Shown here piece by piece: positions 1 through 8,673 of a DNA stretch of 64,000 nt. The stretch is taken from assembly GCA_038040345.1 (NCBI GenBank), contig JBBPIQ010000002.1:189747-253746 (forward strand), given 5' to 3'. A model generated the notes under the pieces. That model ran no database searches and was not told the DNA's origin. It saw nothing but the letters and a program-made list of their open reading frames with translations. The stretch comes from Chloroflexota bacterium (GTDB lineage Bacteria > Chloroflexota > Limnocylindria > P2-11E). The position numbers were made by a program, and so were the translations under genes. Position 1 is the stretch's first letter. Each line of letters starts with the position of its first letter.

Positions 1-145
1 GACCGGCCGCTCGTCTCGTATTTCACGGTCGACGAGCACGCACCATTCGCTGTCTCGACCGACGGACCCCTCGATCCGGCCGCGGCGGAGCGCGAACATC
101 TCGCCGCCGCGCGACGCGCTGGCGCCAGCCTCGTTATCTCCTCAG

Positions 146-997
146 GTGCCTGGAGCGTCACCGAGTGATGAGCAGGACGGACCGCTGACCCTCGCCGCGC
201 GCCTCGCCCTATACGCGATGCTCGCTGGCCTCGTCGTGGCCAGCTTCACCCTGACTCCCGCGCGCCGCGCGCAGGTGACCGCCGCGCCGACGATCGACGA
301 CGAGCCGGTGGCTGCGCGGATCGCGCCCATGTCGCGTGGTCTGGCCCGAGTGCTTCGCGATATCGACAACCTCGAGCTCACGGTTTCGCCGTCGCCGTCG
401 CCGACGCCCGAAGCAATCGCGGCAATCGAAGTAGTCCCTGAGGCTCTGCCCGAAGCGACGGTCGAGCCGACGCCTGAAGCGACGGTCGAGCCGGAGCCCG
501 AAGCGACCGCCGCACCCGAGCCTCAGCCGGTGGCGACACCCGATCCGACGCCGGAGCCGACGCCACGCCCGACCCCGCGTCCCGTCGCGGCGCTCACGAC
601 CTCCACAACCTTCGCGGCTGAGGTCCACATGCTCGAGCTCATCAACGCGTCGCGCGTGCGCGGAGGTTTGGTGCCGCTCGGGGCGGACATCGGCGTCGCC
701 GACACGGCACGCGCGCACAGCGCCGCCGAAGCGCAGGTCCGCTACGTCTATCACGACGGACCGGACGGGACCGCGAGCTCGCGCGACGTTCCGGCGTGCG
801 GCACCGGTTGGTACGGTGAGAACACGGGCAAGATCTGGAACAACAACGTCGACGCGCTGCACATTGAGTTCATGAATGAGCCCTGGGAGCCCATCAATCA
901 CCGCACCAACATCATGGATCCCGCCTTTCGACGCGTTGGCGTCGGCGCGGTGAACGGGCCGGACGCGATGTACATGACGATGGTGTTCTGCCGCTAG
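146..997 (+). CDS. membrane-anchored CAP (SCP/PR-1-like) domain protein with Pro/Glu/Thr-rich linker
   Basis: N-terminal hydrophobic helix (LALYAMLAGLVVASF), PEATVEP/PTPEPTP repeats, C-terminal CAP-like motifs (HDGPDG, GENTG, HRTNIMDPAFRRVGVG). Confidence 0.55.
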   Translation: MPGASPSDEQDGPLTLAARLALYAMLAGLVVASFTLTPARRAQVTAAPTIDDEPVAARIAPMSRGLARVLRDIDNLELTVSPSPSPTPEAIAAIEVVPEALPEATVEPTPEATVEPEPEATAAPEPQPVATPDPTPEPTPRPTPRPVAALTTSTTFAAEVHMLELINASRVRGGLVPLGADIGVADTARAHSAAEAQVRYVYHDGPDGTASSRDVPACGTGWYGENTGKIWNNNVDALHIEFMNEPWEPINHRTNIMDPAFRRVGVGAVNGPDAMYMTMVFCR

Positions 998-1029
998 CCG
1001 ACCGCGCCCTCTGATAGCGTTCGCACTCG

Positions 1030-2319
1030 ATGGAATACCGCAAGGTCACACTGCCGAACGGGCTTCGGATCCTCGTCGGCGAGATGCCTGAGACGCGCTC
1101 CGTTTCGCTTGCCGTGTATGTCGGCGTCGGATCGCGCATCGAGACGAAGGACGATGCCGGCACGAGCCATTTCCTCGAGCACATGGTCTTCAAGGGAAGC
1201 GCCAAGCGTCCGACCGCGGCCGACATCAGCCAGGTGATCGAGAGCAAAGGCGGCGTGGTCAACGCATCGACCGACAAAGAGGTCACCGTCTTCTGGTCGC
1301 GCGTTCCGGCGCGCCATTACCTCGTCGCGCTGGACGTCATCGCCGACTTGATCCGCGCGCCGATGCTCCGGGCGAAAGATGTCGACTCGGAGCGCAACGT
1401 GATCGTCGAAGAGCTGCGCATGTATCGGGACCAGCCCCAGGACCGCGTTCACACGTTGGTCGACGAGCTTCTCTACCCGCGGCACCCGCTCGGTTGGGAA
1501 GTGGCCGGACGCGAGGAGGTCGTGCTCGGGATGACGTCGGATCGCCTGCGCGAGTTCATGGAGCGCGGCTACGCGCCGTCGCGGACCGTGGTCGCGCTCG
1601 CGGGTCCGCTGCACGCGGATGAAGCGATCGCGGCCGTCGACGAGGCCCTTGGCGGTCTCGCTTCCCGTGAGGTCGTGAAGTCGAAGCCGGCCCCACGCGC
1701 CGGAAAGCCGCACCTGAAGCTGCTCGGAAAGCGGGCCGAGCAGACCAACCTGTGCGTGGGCTGGCGCGCCGTTCACACAACGCATCCCGACAAGTACAGC
1801 CTCGACATGCTCAACGCCGTCCTCGGCGAAGGGATGTCGAGCCGGCTCTTTCTCGAGCTGCGCGAGAAACGCGGCCTCGCGTACGACGTCCACAGCTACG
1901 GTGCGAACTACGCCGACGCGGGGCACCTCGTCGTGTACGCGGGCTTCGCGCCGCAGAACGCCGCCGAGGTCCTGAAGGCGATCATGCGAGAAGTGGAGCG
2001 CCTCCGCGACGAGATCGTGCCGGATGTCGAGATCGACCGCGTGCGCGACTTCGCGAAGGGCCGTCTCGAGCTCCGGCTCGAAGACACGCGCGGTGTATCA
2101 GGCTGGCTCGCGGGGCAAGAGCTCTTCCTCGGGCGTGTTCGTTCGGTCGAGGAGGTCTCCGCGATCATCGACGGCGTGACGACCGCGGACATGCTGCGCG
2201 TCGCGCGCGAGTACCTGCGTCCCGAGCTCGCTTACGTCGCCGCGATCGGCCCGCGCGCGTCGCTCGCCGCGATCGCGCCGCCTGTCGCCGACGAGACCCC
2301 GGTCGTGATGGCGTCGTGA
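1030..2319 (+). CDS. M16 family zinc peptidase (insulinase-like), catalytic
   Basis: HxxEH motif HFLEH near N-terminus, 429 aa, typical M16 length. Confidence 0.85.
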   Translation: MEYRKVTLPNGLRILVGEMPETRSVSLAVYVGVGSRIETKDDAGTSHFLEHMVFKGSAKRPTAADISQVIESKGGVVNASTDKEVTVFWSRVPARHYLVALDVIADLIRAPMLRAKDVDSERNVIVEELRMYRDQPQDRVHTLVDELLYPRHPLGWEVAGREEVVLGMTSDRLREFMERGYAPSRTVVALAGPLHADEAIAAVDEALGGLASREVVKSKPAPRAGKPHLKLLGKRAEQTNLCVGWRAVHTTHPDKYSLDMLNAVLGEGMSSRLFLELREKRGLAYDVHSYGANYADAGHLVVYAGFAPQNAAEVLKAIMREVERLRDEIVPDVEIDRVRDFAKGRLELRLEDTRGVSGWLAGQELFLGRVRSVEEVSAIIDGVTTADMLRVAREYLRPELAYVAAIGPRASLAAIAPPVADETPVVMAS

Positions 2320-2783
2320 GCGCCGAGCGCACGCTCGTCGTGCTCAAACCCGATGCGCTACAGCGTGGGATCGCTTTCGAGATCCTGTCGCGCTTCGAGA
2401 AGCGTGGACTGCGCTTCGCCGCGCTGCGGCTCTTGAAGGTGGACCGCGCGATGGCGGAGAAGCACTACGCCGTGCACAAGGGGAAGTTCTTCTACAACGA
2501 CCTCGTCGGAGTGATCACGGCCTCGCCGGTCGTGGCGGCCGTCGTCGAGGGTCCGAACGCGATCGCCGTGGTGCGTGCGATGGTCGGCTCGACTCGCCCT
2601 CACGAAGCGAGCGAAGGATCGATCCGCGGCGACTACGCGCTCGTCGGTCTCCGCAATCTGGTCCACGCATCCGACGCGCCTGCGACCGCCGAGGCCGAGA
2701 TCAAGCTGTGGTTCCCCGAGGGCATCGTCGAATACACCCGCGACATCGACCGCTGGATGACCGAGGACAAAGCTCCCTCCTAA
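2316..2783 (+). CDS. ndk: nucleoside diphosphate kinase
   Basis: GTG start overlapping the upstream stop (GTGA); TLVVLKPDALQRG...YNDLVGVITASPVVAAVVEGPNAI; the ORF-track 1752..2783 ORF is an upstream fusion artefact. Confidence 0.9.
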   Translation: MSAERTLVVLKPDALQRGIAFEILSRFEKRGLRFAALRLLKVDRAMAEKHYAVHKGKFFYNDLVGVITASPVVAAVVEGPNAIAVVRAMVGSTRPHEASEGSIRGDYALVGLRNLVHASDAPATAEAEIKLWFPEGIVEYTRDIDRWMTEDKAPS

Positions 2784-2973
2784 CCCCGGACGCACCCGCG
2801 AGCGGGTCCTGTCCAAGGGGTAGGGGCCCCTGTCGGCGTAGCCGCTACGCGGGTCCCTCCCTCAGCGCACCCTCCCCGCCTTGCAGCTCTCTGTCGTTCG
2901 CTGCGGGCGGGGCCCCGGGGCACCCGCGCTTCGTGAGAGACCCGCTGCGCCGTGCCACCCGCTCGCGGCTCCC

Positions 2974-4330
2974 CTAGAGAGGTCGCAATGCCCTCAGAAA
3001 CTCATCGGCGAAAGACGCGATAGGCCGAAGGAAGCCGTCCGGTTGTATTCCCCCAATCAACAGCGCCACGAAAATCACGCCGCCGATGATTCCCGCAATC
3101 GGCCGTGGCTCAAGTACCCAACGTTCGATACCGCTTCCGAAGAGGGCGAGCACGGCGCGGAGCTGGCCGACGATCAGAAGGAGCGTGGCGACCACGAGCG
3201 CCGCGCCAGTGAACGGAGCGAACTGGTAGGCGATGAGCTCCATGAAGAAGCGGCCCGGGAATCCGAGAAGCGGCGGCGCGCCGATCAGCGCGAAGCCACC
3301 GACGACGAACGCGAGTGCGGCGAGCGGCGCCTTCCGCGCGGTCGGGCGCTCGGGCGCGCTGCGGCGCTCGAGCGTGCCCGCAGCAAGGAGCTGACCTGAC
3401 GCGGATGCGCCGGTGACGATCACGCTCGCAAGCGCGCCGATGATGCCGGGGCCCGACAGTGTCGCGATGCCGACGAGCGCGGCGCCGAGATTCGAGATCA
3501 CCGAGTAGACGACGAGACGACGCAGATCCGGCGCGCCGCTCGCCAGGAACGCGCCGCCGATGGCCGAGGTCAGTCCGATGCCATGCAACAGGTCTTGCAC
3601 CTTCACGACCTGCACGATCGCGGGCAGCAGGCCGGAGAGCGTGAGGATCTCCACGAACGCGATGAACGTCGTCGGGACCAGGACGCCGAAATACAACGCG
3701 AGCGACGCCGGCGGTACCTCGCCCGCGAGGAGCGCCGCGTGCGTGTGGAACGGGATGGCTGCGAGGAGCAGCGCGAAGGCGACGACGAGCACCACAACGA
3801 GGAGCACGAACGTGTTCGCGGGCTGCTCGTGCGGAAGGCTGGCAGCGAGCGCAAGCGCGGCGATGCCAAGACATCCGCCTAGCGCGACGAAGCCGAAGTG
3901 GCGGGTCGCCGCCTCGACCGAGCGATTCCGATGCACCTGGAAGGTGAATGACCCGACCGGCACGAGAAGTCCGAGAACCAGGAGACCGAAGATGGCGAGT
4001 GGCGCGGTGAGGACGAGCACCCCGAGTGAGGTCGCGCCGACCGCGAGCGCCGTGGGGAAGAAGTTGTACGCGGGTTCGTCTAGCCACACGCCGAGCACGA
4101 GGAGGAAGAGGGTCGCGAGGATCACGCCCGACGCGAGACTGCCCAGTCCGGTCGCACGGAGCTCGAGGTCGAGAAGAGTGCCCGTGGTGTCGAGCGGAGT
4201 CAGGAGGACGAGCGCGAGGGCGACGACGATCGCGACGAGCGAGAAGGGACCGACGATGTTGAGCCGCTTCCGGAGCACGAACGCACCGCACGCCGCGACC
4301 GCGAGGACGAGTGGCGCCGCCGCGATGATC
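2974..4330 (-). CDS. divergent proton-antiporter-like membrane subunit (NuoN/MrpD, Proton_antipo_M-like)
   Basis: polytopic; IPFHTHAALLAGEVPPASLAL resembles the PFHxWLPDAxxGPTPVSAL motif, PDLRRLVVYSVISNLG resembles DLKRLLAYSSISHMG; Arg-rich N-terminal part of ORF 2974..4968 is probably not translated, start approximate. Confidence 0.4.
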
Positions 4331-4916
4331 AATTCTCGCGCACCACACGCTCGTTCACGATGAGGAATCCGCCCGCGAGCGCGATAACGACCTCGACCCA
4401 TCCGAGCAAGAGAGAGAGACCGAGCTGCGGCACGGTGAGAAGACGAACGAGAAGCTCCACACCGGTGATCATCAGGATCGCACCGAGCGATCCGCGGACC
4501 GGGGTCCGAGCGGTCACGAGGATCGCGACGCCCGAAGAGATGAGCCAGAAGGCCGCGACCTGCGCCGTGACCCCGCTCGGATCCTCGCCGATCAGCGGGA
4601 CGCTGACGGTCTCGCTCGACGCGGTGCGAAGCGTCGCGAAGCACGCCGCCGTCGCCGCGGCCGCGACGATCGTCGCGAGCCAGAGCCGCCATCCGGGATC
4701 CTCGCCATATGTCCGGTCGCGCGCCGCCACGTAAAGGATCCCGCACGCCACAAGCGCACCGCAGCCTTCGACGGCGAGTTGGCTCACGGTGAGCTGGCCC
4801 GCGGTCACGACGTTCGCGGCGAGCGACACGCCGAGGAGCGCGACCGCCGAGTAGCGGAGCTGCCGCGAACCGTTCGCGGCGAGGGTCGCGAGCGCGACGA
4901 TGCCGAGGGGGATCAC
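4329..4916 (-). CDS. hydrophobic membrane protein, 195 aa
   Basis: ORF between two antiporter-like genes, several predicted TM helices. Confidence 0.3.
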   Translation of the reverse strand: MIPLGIVALATLAANGSRQLRYSAVALLGVSLAANVVTAGQLTVSQLAVEGCGALVACGILYVAARDRTYGEDPGWRLWLATIVAAAATAACFATLRTASSETVSVPLIGEDPSGVTAQVAAFWLISSGVAILVTARTPVRGSLGAILMITGVELLVRLLTVPQLGLSLLLGWVEVVIALAGGFLIVNERVVREN

Positions 4917-6734
4917 CTAGCGGGTCGACCAGACCAACAGCGCGACGATGAGGACCGCGGCCAGCCACACGCCGGCCCGCTGCTCGAAGAGCGCGAACCC
5001 ACCGGTGGCGACGGTCACGGCGCGCTCGAGCGCTCTAAACGTGGCGACTCCGGTGGGCACCGGGTCGGCCGCCCACACGAACCGTTGCAGTCGCGCGGCG
5101 AAGACCTGGAGGCCGGGCAGAAGCGGCCGCAGCATGCGCGCGGCGATGACGAGGATCGTCGCCGCGACGACCGAACCGATCGCGATGACCGGGTCGATCG
5201 GATCGAGCGGCCGTCGCAGAAGGGTGAGCGCGTCGGGGATCGGCAGCGACAGCAGGCTCGCGAGGAGCGCCGTGCTGAAAAGCGCGGCGACCGCGGCCGC
5301 GATATCGAGACCCGCCGGCGCTTCGCCCTGCGCCAGGCGCCGGCCGGCGTGCGCGAGCTCGAGCACGAGAACGACCATGACGACGAGAACCGCCGCCACC
5401 GCTGTCGTGGGATCCGCGGCGCTCGCCGCGCCGGTCGCGAGGCCGATGACACCGGTCACCGTCCAGACGCTCGTTGCCATGGTCGCCATATAGGCGCGAT
5501 GTGGCGGCATCCACACGCTCTCGAGGAGAGCGGCGAACGCCGCGCCCACCAGGATGAACAGGCCGGACGCGAGCGCGATCGGCGTGCCGACCGCGAACGC
5601 GATCCATAGGGTCGCAAGGGTCACGTCGTGGCGCGCGACCTCCCACTGCTCGGGAAGGGCGAGCGAGACGGCGGCGGCGTAGAGAACGGTCAGCGCAGCT
5701 GCCGCGAGCACGAAGTAGCTCCAATGGAGATCGTCCCACCCAGCCAGCACCGCGGCCGCGACGATCGTCGTCACGATCCCGCGCCGCGACGCGCGACCGC
5801 GCGCGCGCGCCCGCAGCGCGAATGCGACGAGCACAAGCCCGAGCAGAACGAGCCGCGGCACGAGTCCGATGAGCGGAAGCCCAAGGGTCGAAAGGTCGAT
5901 GCTCGTCACCCCGAGAAGACGAAGCAGCACGATCGACGCGGCCACACCCGCTGGCATCGCAAGGAGCCCGCGCAGTGGTTCGCGTTCCGCGGCGAGCAGA
6001 GCCTGGGCGGGCTGATAGCGCCACGGCACGAACGGGTAGAGGCCCGCGAAGAGGCCGGCGCCCGCGGTCGCGGCGAGGATCGCGCCAGGACTGATGGCGC
6101 CTGGGGAGATCGCGTCAAAGGCGAGTGACGCGCCTCCCTGCCGCGCGATGAGCAGCGCCGCCACGACGAATCCCTGGATCCCGACCGCGAAATACCCCGC
6201 GATCCGCATCGCCGAAGGTGCCGGCGCCACGAGCAGCGTCGCGAAAGCGCTCACAGCGGCGAGGACCGCGATGGCGACCGCCGCCGCGACCAGGTCGACC
6301 GTGACCACCACGGCGATGAAGGCGAAGCCGATGGCCAGGGCGAGCGAAGGGAGGAAGCGCGGGGAGCTCGCCGACCGCGCGTTGGCGAGAAGTGCGGCCG
6401 CGACATACGCGAACCCTGCGGAGACGGCCACTGCGCCGAGGCCATCGAGTCGGTACGACGCTTGGATGGTCGGTCCTCCGGCGGCCGACCACTCCCACAA
6501 GGCTCGGCCCGCGGCGAGGGCCGGATCGGTGAGCTGATAGAGAAGAAGGGGCGATATAGCGCCCAAAGTGGCGACCAAGAGGGCGGTCGGCACGCGCCAT
6601 GCCTGTGCGATGCGTCGCGGGGCGACGAGCAGCGCGACCAGCGACAACGTGATCGCGGCCGCGAACAACGTGAATTCCGCTCGCACTATCACCCTGCGGT
6701 AAGGTAGCCGAGGTGGATTTGAGACTCCTCCCAC
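4917..6734 (-). CDS. large polytopic membrane protein, weakly NuoL/MrpA-like
   Basis: 605-aa hydrophobic ORF; SVWMPPHRAYMATMATSVWTV weakly resembles the WLPDA...SALIHAATMV motif; N-terminal boundary uncertain. Confidence 0.35.
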   Translation of the reverse strand: MGGVSNPPRLPYRRVIVRAEFTLFAAAITLSLVALLVAPRRIAQAWRVPTALLVATLGAISPLLLYQLTDPALAAGRALWEWSAAGGPTIQASYRLDGLGAVAVSAGFAYVAAALLANARSASSPRFLPSLALAIGFAFIAVVVTVDLVAAAVAIAVLAAVSAFATLLVAPAPSAMRIAGYFAVGIQGFVVAALLIARQGGASLAFDAISPGAISPGAILAATAGAGLFAGLYPFVPWRYQPAQALLAAEREPLRGLLAMPAGVAASIVLLRLLGVTSIDLSTLGLPLIGLVPRLVLLGLVLVAFALRARARGRASRRGIVTTIVAAAVLAGWDDLHWSYFVLAAAALTVLYAAAVSLALPEQWEVARHDVTLATLWIAFAVGTPIALASGLFILVGAAFAALLESVWMPPHRAYMATMATSVWTVTGVIGLATGAASAADPTTAVAAVLVVMVVLVLELAHAGRRLAQGEAPAGLDIAAAVAALFSTALLASLLSLPIPDALTLLRRPLDPIDPVIAIGSVVAATILVIAARMLRPLLPGLQVFAARLQRFVWAADPVPTGVATFRALERAVTVATGGFALFEQRAGVWLAAVLIVALLVWSTR

Positions 6735-8152
6735 AGCTGCAGCTCAAGGTCACGCCGAAACAGATCGCGGCGAACTACATCCTTCAACTTAGCTCGCTCG
6801 AGCTGCAGGACGTCATTAACCAGGAGCTCCAGGAAAATCCTGCCCTCGATCTCGAGGAGGTGCAGGCCTGCCCGCTCTGCGGTCAGCCCCTCGCCGGCCG
6901 GGTCTGCCTGAACTGCTTCGGCACCGGCAAAGGCCCGTACAAGGGCAGCGAGGACCTCGAGACCGAGCCCCTCGAGGGCACCAGCCTCATGCAGCGCGAC
7001 GAGGAGGAGGATGAGCTCGACCCGATCGTTCGCGCGGAGGCCGAGCAGACCCTCGCCGAGTACCTCTCGTGGAACACACGCGTGCTGCTGCCGAAGCGGC
7101 TGTACCCCGTCGCCGAGTACATCATCGGGAACCTGAACGACTTCGGGTACCTCGAGCTGCCGCTCGAGGAGATCGCGAAGACGCTCAAGGTGTCCGTCGC
7201 CGACGCTACCGAGGTTCTCAAGACCATCCAGGGCATCGAGCCGTGGGGCATCGGCGCTCGCGACACCCGCGAGTGCCTTCTTATCCAGATCGACCACCTG
7301 TCCGAGATCGGCGAGGAGGTGCCCGCGCACGTGCGGTCGATCATTGCCGACCATCTCCGCGAGCTGGGGGAGCACAAGTTCGGCGACATTGCGCAGGCCC
7401 TTCGCGTCTCGCGCGAGGAAGTCCAGCAGGGCTGGGACTGGGTGAAACAGAGCCTCAACCCGTACCCGGCGCACGCGTTCGCCGCTGGCCCTGACGGCAC
7501 CAGCATCGGCGGCCGCCAGGTCGCACTCCGCCCTGACGTGATCATCGTCCGTAACGAGAAGGGCGACTTCGAGGTCGAGGTCATCGAATCGCGGCGGTTC
7601 TCGCTCCGGGTGAACCCGGTCTACCGCCAGCTCGTCGGACAGCTCCAGGCCGCGCGGAGCGCGGGCGCGGCGGCACCGACGATGACCGACGACGAACGCC
7701 AGCACATCCGGCAGTACGTCACGCGCGCGAAGTTCTTCATCGACAACATCAACCAGCGGCGCCAGACGATCGGCCGCATTACCGACGTCATCGTCGAGTG
7801 CCAGAGGGATTTCCTGGACAAGGGCGTTCAGTCGCTCCGGCCGCTCACGCGCGCGGAGGTGGGGGAGCGCATCGGGATGCACGAGTCGACGGTGAGCCGC
7901 GCCACGGCCGGCAAGTTCGTGCTCCTGCCCGCCGGCGAGGTGATCCCGTTCTCCACCTTCTTCACGGCTTCGCTCGGCGTGAAGGACGTGATCAAGAACA
8001 TCATCGAGGCCGAGGACCGCTCGCGGCCCTACTCGGACCAAGAGATCGTCGAAAAGCTTCGCGAGGACAACGGCATCCGCCTCGCGCGCCGCACCGTCGC
8101 GAAATACCGCGAAGAGCTACAGATCCTCCCTGCGAGACTGAGGAAGCGCTAG
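6713..8152 (+). CDS. rpoN: RNA polymerase sigma-54 factor
   Basis: GTG start with upstream AAGG; Gln/Leu-rich region I; HTH ESTVSRA; RpoN box ARRTVAKYREEL at C-terminus. Confidence 0.85.
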   Translation: MDLRLLPQLQLKVTPKQIAANYILQLSSLELQDVINQELQENPALDLEEVQACPLCGQPLAGRVCLNCFGTGKGPYKGSEDLETEPLEGTSLMQRDEEEDELDPIVRAEAEQTLAEYLSWNTRVLLPKRLYPVAEYIIGNLNDFGYLELPLEEIAKTLKVSVADATEVLKTIQGIEPWGIGARDTRECLLIQIDHLSEIGEEVPAHVRSIIADHLRELGEHKFGDIAQALRVSREEVQQGWDWVKQSLNPYPAHAFAAGPDGTSIGGRQVALRPDVIIVRNEKGDFEVEVIESRRFSLRVNPVYRQLVGQLQAARSAGAAAPTMTDDERQHIRQYVTRAKFFIDNINQRRQTIGRITDVIVECQRDFLDKGVQSLRPLTRAEVGERIGMHESTVSRATAGKFVLLPAGEVIPFSTFFTASLGVKDVIKNIIEAEDRSRPYSDQEIVEKLREDNGIRLARRTVAKYREELQILPARLRKR

Positions 8153-8274
8153 CCAGTTAGCGCGACGGCCGCTACTCTCGCGTGCTCGCGGGTCCCTCCG
8201 GCGACCACGTAGGGTCGCCGGCCCCCACTGCGCCGCGAGACCATCGTCCGCCGCGCTGTGAGAGACCTCGACTC

Positions 8275-8553
8275 CTAAGCCCGGGTCTTCCTCTTCGGAG
8301 CGTTTCCCTTAGGAGGTGGGGCGCCCAGCGTCTTGGAGATTTCGTCGACCGAGGCCGACTCGATGTGGTAGCCGAAGGACGTCCGACGCACGCCGGGCAG
8401 GTCCTTGCCACGCATGGCGTCGCGAAGGGCGTGCTCGCGCCAGCCGATCTTCGTCGCGAGCTCGGCCGTCGTCAGCCAGTCGCGGTCCTTGCTCTTCGTC
8501 TTTTCCGATACGTCGGCCTTGGGCTGGGACTTCGATGCTTTTTGCGGTGGCAC
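8275..8553 (-). CDS. small Lys-rich DNA-binding protein, excisionase/MerR-like HTH
   Basis: 92 aa; WLTTAELATKIGWREHALRDAMRGKDLPGVRR resembles HTH_17; basic tails at both ends. Confidence 0.4.
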   Translation of the reverse strand: MPPQKASKSQPKADVSEKTKSKDRDWLTTAELATKIGWREHALRDAMRGKDLPGVRRTSFGYHIESASVDEISKTLGAPPPKGNAPKRKTRA

Positions 8554-8673
8554 AACTCGAACTCTAGCCGGTTTGCGCCTGTCGGCAGGCTGTCCTAAAA
8601 TGACGTCGAAGCGCTGCGGCCCCCTCCGTCGGGGCGGGCGCCTTTTTCTTGGCCTTTTCGCTTTGGGGGTCGC

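Noticed and set aside
420-560. Tandem 18-bp repeats (GAAGCGACGGTCGAGCCG) that might be mistaken for a repeat array
   Set aside because: They encode the PEATVEP linker of the CAP-domain protein; no spacer-repeat architecture, so not CRISPR.
1752-2783. 343-aa ORF extending ndk upstream
   Set aside because: Upstream part is Arg-rich and overlaps the M16 peptidase; ndk begins at the GTG at 2316.
3110-4348. Long Arg/Pro/Ala-rich ORFs on the strand opposite to well-supported genes (examples 3110..4348, 9031..11955, 13109..14680, 20157..21692, 40220..41131)
   Set aside because: Composition typical of out-of-frame or antisense reading of high-GC coding DNA; they overlap genes with clear family signatures.
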